Assembly (NCBI GenBank): GCA_025358205.1
Contig: JANYKG010000033.1
Coordinates: 1 to 32,053, forward strand
Source of the DNA: Armatimonadota bacterium
GTDB lineage: Bacteria > Armatimonadota > UBA5829 > DTJY01
Direction of reading: 5' to 3'
DNA length: 32,053 nt
The notes under the pieces are model-generated. The model saw only the letters and a program-made list of their open reading frames with translations. It was not told where the DNA came from and did no database searches. The translations under genes were made by a program, and so were the position numbers. Below, piece by piece: positions 7,884-15,815 of this stretch (position 1 is its first letter; each line of letters begins with the position of its first letter).

Positions 7884-7925
7884 AGAGATGAGGAGAGATG
7901 GTTAATGGTCAGATGATGGTTCATA
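7883..7925. repeat. ATGG-heptamer tandem repeat element immediately after the OMT stop codon.
   Basis: gagagatg occurs twice (7883-7890 and 7893-7900), followed by gatggtt-aatggtc-agatgatggttca. GG doublets at about 7-nt spacing. Confidence 0.4.
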
Positions 7926-8060
7926 AGGGTGCAAACATCGAACGTCGAACTCCCGCACCGAAATCGGGGAGGAAGTTAGCCGCCGATATCTTACCCGACA
8001 GCGTTCGCTGCTGCGGATGCGATAGGGAACGCTGATGGTCGCCGATGGGAGAACAAATAA

Positions 8061-8079
8061 CACGAATGGACCATTCGTG
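8061..8079. promoter_or_regulatory. 19-bp perfect palindrome cacgaatgg-a-ccattcgtg about 50 bp upstream of the phosphohexomutase promoter.
   Basis: Read directly from the sequence. It combines the CACGAAT half-site with the ATGG/CCAT core of the heptamer repeats. Confidence 0.4.
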
Positions 8080-8125
8080 AGGCTTATGACCGCAGGAGCG
8101 CCGGCATCGAGCACGGAGCGAAATA

Positions 8126-8134
8126 TGCTATAAT
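8126..8134 (+). promoter_or_regulatory. Extended -10 promoter TGcTATAAT giving an essentially leaderless transcript for the downstream gene.
   Basis: TATAAT at 8129-8134 with TG at 8126-8127. Only 10 nt separate the -10 box from the ATG at 8145, and there is no Shine-Dalgarno sequence. Confidence 0.5.
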
Positions 8135-8144
8135 CACAGCCGTT

Positions 8145-9500
8145 ATGAGCATTTTCAAGGCATGTGATATCAGAGGAGTATACGGCACTGACCTGACGGA
8201 CGATACCGCGTACAGGATCGGGCGCGCGGCGGGGACGATGATGAGCGGGCGCACTCTGGTCGTCGGCGGGGACGTTCGGGTGAGTTCTCCGGCATTGAAG
8301 TCTGCGCTTATCAAGGGGCTGACGCTGAGCGGGGTGGACGTGATTGACGTGGGCATCGTCCCGACTCCGGCGTTCTACTTCGCCATCCGTGATCTGAATG
8401 CTGACGGCGGTGTGATGGTCACCGCGTCACACAATCCCACGCAGTTCAACGGAATGAAGCTGTCGCTTGGGCCGCTGCCGGTTACGCCGGAGGATATACT
8501 GGCGGTTAAGGCGCTCACCGAAACAGAGGCGTTTGTGAGCGGCTCAGGCCAAACGACCGCTGTTGATGTCATTCCTTCGTATAAGTCCTTCATTCTGTCC
8601 GTTGCGCCTCGGTCCAGCCTCGCGGGTTTGGGTAAAATAATCCTTGATTGCGGCAACGGCTGTTATTCGGATATCGCCCCGGTCGTTTTTGCGCAGATGG
8701 GCTATGAGGTGGAGGGATTGTTCTGCGAGCCAGACGGCAGCTTCCCTAACCGCAGCCCGAACTCCGCGCTGGCTGAGAACCTGACGGCGCTTAGAGAGCG
8801 AATGGCTGAGGGCGGCGCGATGCTCGGCGTGGCATTCGACGGCGACGGCGACCGTGTGTCGTTTGTTGATGGGCGAGGCAGGTTCTTATCAAGCGACAAG
8901 GCGATAGTCATACTAGCCAAGCGCATTCTAGCCGATAATCAGGGTCGAAAGGTGATCTACGACCTCAAGTGCTCGTCGGTAGCGCCGGAGTCCATAGCGT
9001 CGGCGGGTGGGATTGCGATACCTGAGCGATCCGGTCACGCTTTTATCAAGCGGCGGATGATAACCGAGGACGCGGTCTTCGGCGGCGAGCTGAGTGGGCA
9101 TTACTTCTACCGCGAACTGGGCGGTGGTGACGACGGCCTCTACACCGCGCTGCTGATGGCGGACATGGTCGTGAAGGCAGGGATGAGCCTGGCTGAGATA
9201 GCGGATTCTGTGACTGAGTACGCGACCACGCCCGACCTGCGTGTACCCTATGAGGGCGACAGGCACGAGATTATCGAGCGCATAGCGGCATCGTTTCCGG
9301 CGGAGTGCGTTTCGCGGCAGGACGGGGTGCGCGTGGTGTTCCGCGATGGATGGGCGTTGGCCCGGGTGTCGGTCACCGAACCGGTGATAACTCTCAGGGC
9401 TGAGGCAACCGATCAAACGCGTGTTTTTGAGATTATGCAGGAGTTTCTGGGTCCTGTTGCCGAACTCTTATCGGGCATCATTCACAAATTGTATGAATGA
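8145..9500 (+). CDS. Phosphomannomutase / phosphoglucomutase (alpha-D-phosphohexomutase family).
   Basis: Active-site motif TASHNP, an N-terminal CDIRGVYG-type motif, and the four-domain length (451 aa). Confidence 0.85.
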   Translation: MSIFKACDIRGVYGTDLTDDTAYRIGRAAGTMMSGRTLVVGGDVRVSSPALKSALIKGLTLSGVDVIDVGIVPTPAFYFAIRDLNADGGVMVTASHNPTQFNGMKLSLGPLPVTPEDILAVKALTETEAFVSGSGQTTAVDVIPSYKSFILSVAPRSSLAGLGKIILDCGNGCYSDIAPVVFAQMGYEVEGLFCEPDGSFPNRSPNSALAENLTALRERMAEGGAMLGVAFDGDGDRVSFVDGRGRFLSSDKAIVILAKRILADNQGRKVIYDLKCSSVAPESIASAGGIAIPERSGHAFIKRRMITEDAVFGGELSGHYFYRELGGGDDGLYTALLMADMVVKAGMSLAEIADSVTEYATTPDLRVPYEGDRHEIIERIAASFPAECVSRQDGVRVVFRDGWALARVSVTEPVITLRAEATDQTRVFEIMQEFLGPVAELLSGIIHKLYE

Positions 9501-9512
9501 TGCCCTCTTAAG

Positions 9513-9547
9513 CGCCTGCATCAGACGCGTGCCGCGTGATGCAGGCG
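9513..9547 (+). other. Stem-loop (11-bp perfect stem cgcctgcatca/tgatgcaggcg, 13-nt loop) 12 nt after the phosphohexomutase stop. Terminator-like but lacks a T-tract.
   Basis: Read directly from the sequence. It lies between the mutase gene and the sigma-factor gene promoter region. Confidence 0.4.
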
Positions 9548-9634
9548 GAGTTATGGAAAGCCAACTTCTACGCCTCGACCAGCATGACCTCCGGGGTGCG
9601 GGAGACGAATAGACCAGGAAGTGGAGAACGCTTC

Positions 9635-10246
9635 GTGCAACAGCAGAGCGACGCGGCGGCCGGTCGTCAAAACGAGCGCGCGATAATTGAACGGTGCAAG
9701 CAGGGTGACTTGTCGGCCTTCGACGAACTTGTTCGCAGGTACGAAAAGCACGTGTTCAACTTCGCCTTCCGCATGACCCAAAACCATGATGATGCCGCCG
9801 ACATCTCCTCCGATGCCTTCATGAAGGTCTACAACGGTATTCACAGCTTCCGGGGTGACGCGAACTTTTCCACATGGCTCTTCCGCATAGTCACAAACCT
9901 CTACCTGGATTCGCGGAAGAAGTCCAAGGCCCACATGAACATTCCGCTTGATGAGTACATAGACCTTGAAGAGAGTTCCGTTGCCCGACAGATCGAAGAT
10001 CCATTGCCTCTGCCGCAAGCGCAGATAGAGTCTAATGAGCGCGTTGATATGCTGTCGGAAGCCATCAACGAGTTGCCGGAGTATCAGCGGGTGATGGTTT
10101 TGCTCTACCATACGCAGGGGAAATCATACGAAGAGATAGCAGAGATCGTGGGGTTGCCCATTGGCACGGTAAAGTCTCGACTTAACAGGGCGAGACTTGC
10201 TCTTAAGAAAAGACTGGAACCAATGAGGGAACTTTTCGATGCTTAG
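9635..10246 (+). CDS. RNA polymerase sigma-70 factor, ECF subfamily.
   Basis: Region 2 (FDELVRRYEKHVFNFAFRMT...DAFMKVY) and region 4 (LPEYQRVMVLLYHTQGKSYEEIAEIVGLPIGTVKSRLNRAR) motifs. Likely start is GTG at 9635 with GGAAGTGGAG upstream. The track ORF begins at 9536, but that extension overlaps the upstream hairpin. Confidence 0.85.
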   Translation: MQQQSDAAAGRQNERAIIERCKQGDLSAFDELVRRYEKHVFNFAFRMTQNHDDAADISSDAFMKVYNGIHSFRGDANFSTWLFRIVTNLYLDSRKKSKAHMNIPLDEYIDLEESSVARQIEDPLPLPQAQIESNERVDMLSEAINELPEYQRVMVLLYHTQGKSYEEIAEIVGLPIGTVKSRLNRARLALKKRLEPMRELFDA

Positions 10247-10372
10247 GGTCGTCGAAAGAATTGTTGTTACACTACCACGCCTCAGCGCAGATGCGGGCGA
10301 GCGGTCCGGTGTCGTTTCGTCAGGCAACGGGACGCAGTCGGTGTTACGATATGAGGCGAGGAGAGGATTAAG

Positions 10373-11446
10373 ATGAACTGCGAAAGAGCCAGGGAATTGT
10401 TTTCGGACTACCTGGAAGGCGGCATGGATGCGGCTTTGGCGGCTGTCATCCAGGGTCATTTGGAAAAATGTTCAGAGTGCGCCAGGGAATTTGAGTCTTT
10501 CAAGATAACCTGGGGCATGCTGGGCGTGCTGCCTGAGGTGGAAGCGCCGAGCGGTTTTCGTCACGACGTAGTGATGCGAGCCGTCAGACTGCAGCAGGAG
10601 AGGGCGGAAGTCGCCAAGAGGAATTCATTTGCAATAGATTGGGAACAAATCCTTCATAAACTCGTTCCCGCGCGCCCGTTTGTCATGGCCGCCGCAGCAA
10701 TCGCGCTGGCCTTTGTTGTGCTGTACCCGCAGACCAACGACTTCCATGGATTCAGCGGCATGTTCGGCCCCAGGGTCGGAACTGCGCGGACGCAGGTATC
10801 GCAGGTTTCCACCGAGCGAGCTATGGAGTGGCAGTCCCGCAAGATCATGCGGAATACCGTGTGGGCGGAAGTAGCGCTGACGGATCAGGATGGCGTGAGT
10901 GCATACAGTGTGACACTCTCCATCAACAAGGATGCGTTCCTTGCAGATCAGGTGTCGCAGAGCTTACCGGCGAAGGTGTATGTTCTTCCGGCGGATCACT
11001 TCGCTATCGGCGATATTGATGCAACACCGGCCATCTGGTCCGGCAACATACTGGAGAACTCGCCGGTTGTGGTGCCGGTGCTGACTGATGGGGCAAGCGG
11101 ACGGACAAGCACAGTGAACTTGTTGGTGACCTGGGTGTACCAGAGCCGCACGTTCGGCTATGTGGTGATTGTTCCCACCGGCAAGCCCAGCCGTTCTGAG
11201 GATGGCAGCGCTTTCTCGGTCAATGGGCGGAACTTCGCGCAGAGCGAGGCGAGCTTGTACTCCACACTGCAGGCTGTGGCGGAAGACTACGGCAAGCCGA
11301 TGGTGGTGAATGCGTACCTGACCGAGCGGCCTAGCATAATCAATCTGGACCGAGAGAGCCTGAAGAGCGCGCTGGTTCGGACTCTGCAGTCCACCGGGTT
11401 GGATTGGATGTACGCACACGGTTCGGTGTACGTAGACCGCAAGTAG
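10373..11446 (+). CDS. Zinc-finger (ZAS-type) anti-sigma factor with one TM helix and a large extracytoplasmic domain.
   Basis: N-terminal motif HLEKCSECAREF (H-x3-C-x2-C), TM segment FVMAAAAIALAFVVLYP, and position immediately downstream of the ECF sigma gene. RBS GGAGAGG upstream. Confidence 0.75.
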   Translation: MNCERARELFSDYLEGGMDAALAAVIQGHLEKCSECAREFESFKITWGMLGVLPEVEAPSGFRHDVVMRAVRLQQERAEVAKRNSFAIDWEQILHKLVPARPFVMAAAAIALAFVVLYPQTNDFHGFSGMFGPRVGTARTQVSQVSTERAMEWQSRKIMRNTVWAEVALTDQDGVSAYSVTLSINKDAFLADQVSQSLPAKVYVLPADHFAIGDIDATPAIWSGNILENSPVVVPVLTDGASGRTSTVNLLVTWVYQSRTFGYVVIVPTGKPSRSEDGSAFSVNGRNFAQSEASLYSTLQAVAEDYGKPMVVNAYLTERPSIINLDRESLKSALVRTLQSTGLDWMYAHGSVYVDRK

Positions 11447-11479
11447 TCTGCCGGTCAACAAGATATCACCAAGGCCCTT

Positions 11480-11504
11480 GGAGAGCGATCTCCTGGGGCT
11501 TTTT
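11480..11504 (+). terminator. Weak candidate intrinsic terminator after the anti-sigma gene (GGAGA-gcga-TCTCC, then tggggc and TTTTT).
   Basis: Short 5-bp stem with a T5 run 6 nt downstream. The adjacent palindrome CCAAGGcCCTTGG at 11469-11481 may be a separate site. Confidence 0.3.
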
Positions 11505-11517
11505 GTTGGCCAAACCG

Positions 11518-11547
11518 TTGCTTTCCAACTCCTCCATGGGCTATAAT
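11518..11547 (+). promoter_or_regulatory. Sigma70-like promoter TTGCTT-N18-TATAAT for the helicase gene.
   Basis: -35 box at 11518-11523 and -10 box at 11542-11547. ATG at 11585. Confidence 0.45.
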
Positions 11548-11584
11548 AAGCTATCAGAACACACGTTCGGGTAGCGGAGACACG

Positions 11585-13528
11585 ATGAACATCGAGAAAA
11601 TGCTAGGGCCGAAGGGCATAGTGGCGGGTCATCTGCAGGGGTATGAGTTTCGGCCTCAGCAGATAGAGGCTGCGTTGGCGATTGAGCGGGCGCTGAACTC
11701 CAAGCGGCACTGCATCGTCGAGGCTGGCACCGGCGTCGGCAAGAGCATGGCCTACCTGATCCCCGCCATCCACCACGCGCAGAGCGGCAAGAAAGTCGTC
11801 ATCTCCACCTTCACCATCTACCTTCAATCGCAGTTGATGAACAAGGATATTCCGTTTCTGCAGGGGATCATGCCGGGCCGGAAGTTCAAGGCCGTGCTGA
11901 TGAAGGGCAGGTCGAACTACCTTTGTCTGAACAACTACGACGCTGAGCTTTCCCAGCTCTATCTCGTGGGTGACGCCAACCTGGACAAGATGCAGAAGTG
12001 GGCGCGCGAGACCGAGACCGGCGACCTGACCGAGCTGGACTTCCAGTTCAGCGGCTGGTCGGACGTGTGCGCGGACCAGGACAGGTGCCACGGTCAGCAA
12101 TGTCGCCACTTCGGCAAGTGCTTCTACTTCAAGATGAGGCGTGAGGCGCAGGAAGCCGACATCATCATCACAAACCACTCGCTTTTTCTCAGCGATTTGG
12201 CGATAAGGGCGGAGGACCCGAAGATGGGGCTGCTGCCGGACTACGGCGCGGTGATCTTTGACGAGGCGCATCACCTTGAGGATGTGGCGACAAAGGTGTA
12301 CGGCGTGGAGTTCAGCAACTACCGCGTGCCGACTCTGCTGAATCGAATCAGGCGCACGAAGGGGATCGGGCTGGACCCTGGGCGCATCGAGTCCATTGAG
12401 CACCTGAACCAGGATTTGTTCGACGTGTTCACTCGCATGAGCAAGCAGGAGTTCTTCTTCTCCGAGGTCTATCAGCGTGAAGATCAGTCCATGGTGGAGT
12501 CCGTCGCCAAGATGCTGGGCGCGCAACTGGACGGGCTGAGGGGCGAGCTTTGCGACCAGGATACGTTGGGGCGGCCTGAGCTTGAGGAGCGGCTGACCGG
12601 CCTGCGCAGGATGTGCGCGCGTGCGAAGGATGAGCTTGGCAGCCTGTTCTTCGGCACAGCGGAGGGATACTTCCGTTGGGGTGAGAAGCCAGCCAGCATG
12701 AAGGCGCAGTCGTGTTTCCTAAGGTATACCCCGCTATCCGTGGCGCAGATACTGGCGGACGGCTTGTGGAAGGACACGGACTCGGCGGTCTGCACCTCGG
12801 CGACGCTCTCGAACTCAGGGACTTTCAGCTACATCAAGGCGCGATTGGGTATGCCCGAGTGCGTAGAGGCGATTGAGGATTCGCCGTTTGATTTCGAGCG
12901 GCAGTGCATGCTCTACGTGCCGAAGCACCTGCCGTTCCCGTCGGACAGCCCGGACTACGCGGACATGGTGGCGGACGAGATAGAGGGTTTAGTGCGCGCG
13001 TCGGCGGGTCGGGCGTTCCTGCTGTTCACCTCATACCGAATGATGAACGCGGTACATGAGCGGCTGCGTGACAAGCTGCCTTACATGGTACTGAAGCAAG
13101 GCGAAATGTCCAACGAGGCGCTGATCGAGCGGTTCCTGGAAGAGGGGAACGCATGCCTGTTCGGGGTTCACAGCTTCTGGGAGGGCGTGGACGTGCGGGG
13201 CGAGGCGCTGAGTCTGGTGGTGATAGATAAGCTGCCGTTCGCGGTGCCGGATAGCCCGGTGAACAAGGCGCGGGTGGATGCGATCACGGAATCCGGAGGC
13301 GACTGGTTCAGGGAGTTTTCGATGCCCCAGGCGCAGATGCGTTTGAAGCAGGGATTCGGGCGTCTGATCCGCACGAAGGAGGACAGGGGCGTGGTGGCGA
13401 TCCTGGACTCGCGCCTGGCGAAGAAATCCTACGGCCGCGAGTTCGTGCGGTTCCTGCCGAAATGCCAGGTGACGGTGAAGATAGGCGCAGTGCGGTATTT
13501 CTTTGGCTGCGAGGATGACGAGGCGTAA
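11585..13528 (+). CDS. dinG: ATP-dependent DNA helicase, DinG/XPD (Rad3) family, with FeS-cluster domain.
   Basis: Walker A EAGTGVGKS, DEAH box (FDEAHHLED), four-Cys FeS motif C-x5-C-x3-C-x5-C (CADQDRCHGQQCRHFGKC) between motifs I and II. 647 aa with no exonuclease domain. Confidence 0.85.
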   Translation: MNIEKMLGPKGIVAGHLQGYEFRPQQIEAALAIERALNSKRHCIVEAGTGVGKSMAYLIPAIHHAQSGKKVVISTFTIYLQSQLMNKDIPFLQGIMPGRKFKAVLMKGRSNYLCLNNYDAELSQLYLVGDANLDKMQKWARETETGDLTELDFQFSGWSDVCADQDRCHGQQCRHFGKCFYFKMRREAQEADIIITNHSLFLSDLAIRAEDPKMGLLPDYGAVIFDEAHHLEDVATKVYGVEFSNYRVPTLLNRIRRTKGIGLDPGRIESIEHLNQDLFDVFTRMSKQEFFFSEVYQREDQSMVESVAKMLGAQLDGLRGELCDQDTLGRPELEERLTGLRRMCARAKDELGSLFFGTAEGYFRWGEKPASMKAQSCFLRYTPLSVAQILADGLWKDTDSAVCTSATLSNSGTFSYIKARLGMPECVEAIEDSPFDFERQCMLYVPKHLPFPSDSPDYADMVADEIEGLVRASAGRAFLLFTSYRMMNAVHERLRDKLPYMVLKQGEMSNEALIERFLEEGNACLFGVHSFWEGVDVRGEALSLVVIDKLPFAVPDSPVNKARVDAITESGGDWFREFSMPQAQMRLKQGFGRLIRTKEDRGVVAILDSRLAKKSYGREFVRFLPKCQVTVKIGAVRYFFGCEDDEA

Positions 13529-13529
13529 C

Positions 13530-13630
13530 GGAGTGATGGAGTATGGGAGTGTGGGAGTACGACCATACGACCATCTGACCATTTCCCGCCCATCAGCCAT
13601 TGACCATTCCCTGTTGCTTTCCCCATTGAC
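13530..13630. repeat. ATGG/CCAT heptamer tandem repeat element forming an imperfect long hairpin immediately after the helicase stop.
   Basis: G-rich half ggagtgatggagtatgggagtgtgggagta at 13530-13559. C-rich half cgaccatacgaccatctgaccatttcccgcccatcagccattgaccattcc at 13560-13610. A further ccattgac unit at 13623-13630. Confidence 0.45.
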
Positions 13631-13787
13631 TCCGCAGCCTCACTTTGTGTAAGCTATCACCGATGGCTCCGTACCACTCAGGAGACAGAACGTCGGCTGG
13701 CCCGCGCTACTCACGAACCTCGCGAATAGCGCTCAAAATGCCCTGCATTGTGCGGGGTACGCACAACGCAGGCGAACAGGATGGAGC

Positions 13788-15665
13788 ATGACTACACCTA
13801 AAGACAGCAATCATCTCGATTTCTCAGCGCAGCCACTGGCCGCACTCGATATCGCTCGGATTCTGCAAACAGGCGGCGCCGAGATTGACCAATACCTCGG
13901 CGAAGAGATTTACGCAAACTCCGCGCCGGACTACCTCGCCAAACAGCGCGAGCGGCTCGCGGAGGCCGCGAAGGTTCACGCAGAGAAAGTCGGCGACAGA
14001 CCGTCATACCTTCTGCGCGCACCAGGACGATTGAACGCGTTCCTGGAATACCTTGACATGTGCGCAGGCGACCACATGTCCACCACAATAGACGGCGACA
14101 TCCCCGTCATGGTCTCGCCAAGAGAAGATGATATTCTCAGCATCGCCAACGTCAATCCACTCTTCCCGCCGGAGCAGTTCTCGCTCAAAGCGGAGTTCGA
14201 GCGTTTCAAGAACGAACCGCTTGAGGGTCACGGCCCGGACGTGCAGGATGATTGGGACAACCGCACGCTGCTGCTCCCTCACTTCGGACGACCCAAAGGC
14301 GCTTGGTCAAACTACCTGCTCAGTTCATACCTGCGGATCATGTGGGAAACCGGTGCGGATATCAAGGGCGCGGACCTGACTTTCGGACGGGCGACCGCTC
14401 CTTTCCGTGCTGGCACAAGCTCGTCTTCGGCTGTGGTTGTCCTGGCGTTCGTCGCCTGCTGCCTCATAAACAAGAACATCCTGCCGGACTGGGATATCCC
14501 CGAGATGTGCAGGCTCCTGGGCGAAGCGGAATGGTACGTCGGCACTCACGGCGGGGCGAACGATCAGACGACCATCCTGCGAAACGGCCCAAACATGGTA
14601 CTGTACAACCGCCATTCGCGCACACCGCTGGATTCGACTCCACTGCCCTTCCTGAAAGGCGTACATGTAGTGCTGGCAAACAGCCTCTGGGAAGTCAACA
14701 AATCGCTCACCGGCAACCAAAGCTTCAATATGCGCAAGGGATGGATGGAGATGGGCGATGAGATCATGAAGCTGATCATAGAGGCCGTACACGATGCCCG
14801 GCGTCTCGGTGCAGACATGATACCCGGCTGGCTTCACACGCTCCTGAAAGACAGATTCAGCTTCATTGCCGGCGCGCCTCTGACTCTGCTGGAGTCACAA
14901 CCGGAGCTTTGGGATAAGATCGAAGCGGCCTACCACAAATTCGGCAGCCTGGACGAAGACATCCTCGGTATCCCAGCCGAGGCCGTGGACGAACTGATAC
15001 TGATGCTGCCCGTGAAGATCACCCCGGACGAAGCCGCGCGCATACTTGGGAAAGACAGAGAGACCATAGAGCGCCGATACACCCGTCCCAAGCGCAGCAT
15101 CGGCGGATACCACGTGCGCACCACCGCGCGGTTCTTCTACAAAGAGAACATCATCGGCCGCACACTGGAACGCATTTTCCTGGAGGCTGACCGACGACTA
15201 TCGTCCGGCGAACTCGCGGAAAACTCGACCGAATACGATGCCTACCGCATGATGGTCGGCGAACTGGTAGACCGGCTTCAGCATGTGCTTTCGTTCGACT
15301 TCCGCGTATCGAACTCCCAGCTCGACCGACTGCTGAGCATCGCCCGGCTCGGCCCTGGATACCTTGGCGGCAAGCTGACCGGCGCAGGCAAAGGCGGATG
15401 CGTCTCCATCCTCGTAAGAGACAAGGATTCGCATGACATGTGTGAGTATCTGGACCACGAGTATTATTCCCGCGGCGAAAATTTTGACGAGTACAGACAG
15501 ATACTGGAGGACGCGCTGCGGTACTACAAACCGGATTCCTTCGAGCGAATCTCAGCGTCGGAACAGCTTCAGAATCTGGAAACCGCGCTCCAAAGCATAC
15601 AAGAGCAGCGGCGGGTGATAACATTCAGTCGCGGCGCATGTGTAGTTGATCTTTCGCGTTTTTGA
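13788..15665 (+). CDS. GHMP-family sugar kinase (galactokinase-like), unusually long at 625 aa.
   Basis: GalK-like N-terminal signature APGRLNAFLEYLDMCAGD, GHMP motif II RAGTSSSSAVVVLAFV, and motif III GGKLTGAGKGGCVSILV. There is an insertion of about 100 aa between motifs II and III relative to classical galactokinase. Confidence 0.7.
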   Translation: MTTPKDSNHLDFSAQPLAALDIARILQTGGAEIDQYLGEEIYANSAPDYLAKQRERLAEAAKVHAEKVGDRPSYLLRAPGRLNAFLEYLDMCAGDHMSTTIDGDIPVMVSPREDDILSIANVNPLFPPEQFSLKAEFERFKNEPLEGHGPDVQDDWDNRTLLLPHFGRPKGAWSNYLLSSYLRIMWETGADIKGADLTFGRATAPFRAGTSSSSAVVVLAFVACCLINKNILPDWDIPEMCRLLGEAEWYVGTHGGANDQTTILRNGPNMVLYNRHSRTPLDSTPLPFLKGVHVVLANSLWEVNKSLTGNQSFNMRKGWMEMGDEIMKLIIEAVHDARRLGADMIPGWLHTLLKDRFSFIAGAPLTLLESQPELWDKIEAAYHKFGSLDEDILGIPAEAVDELILMLPVKITPDEAARILGKDRETIERRYTRPKRSIGGYHVRTTARFFYKENIIGRTLERIFLEADRRLSSGELAENSTEYDAYRMMVGELVDRLQHVLSFDFRVSNSQLDRLLSIARLGPGYLGGKLTGAGKGGCVSILVRDKDSHDMCEYLDHEYYSRGENFDEYRQILEDALRYYKPDSFERISASEQLQNLETALQSIQEQRRVITFSRGACVVDLSRF

Positions 15666-15815
15666 ATTCGAAATTATCTTTTTACAAAAACAATCGCAAA
15701 ATACGTTTAGCCGTTCCACCATCGCGGTATTTACAAGTGAACAGCTTTCCGATTTCTAAAATCGGTGAGTGCGTTTATGCACGTGAAAGTTTTGTCCACG
15801 GTGGAATGATGTACC

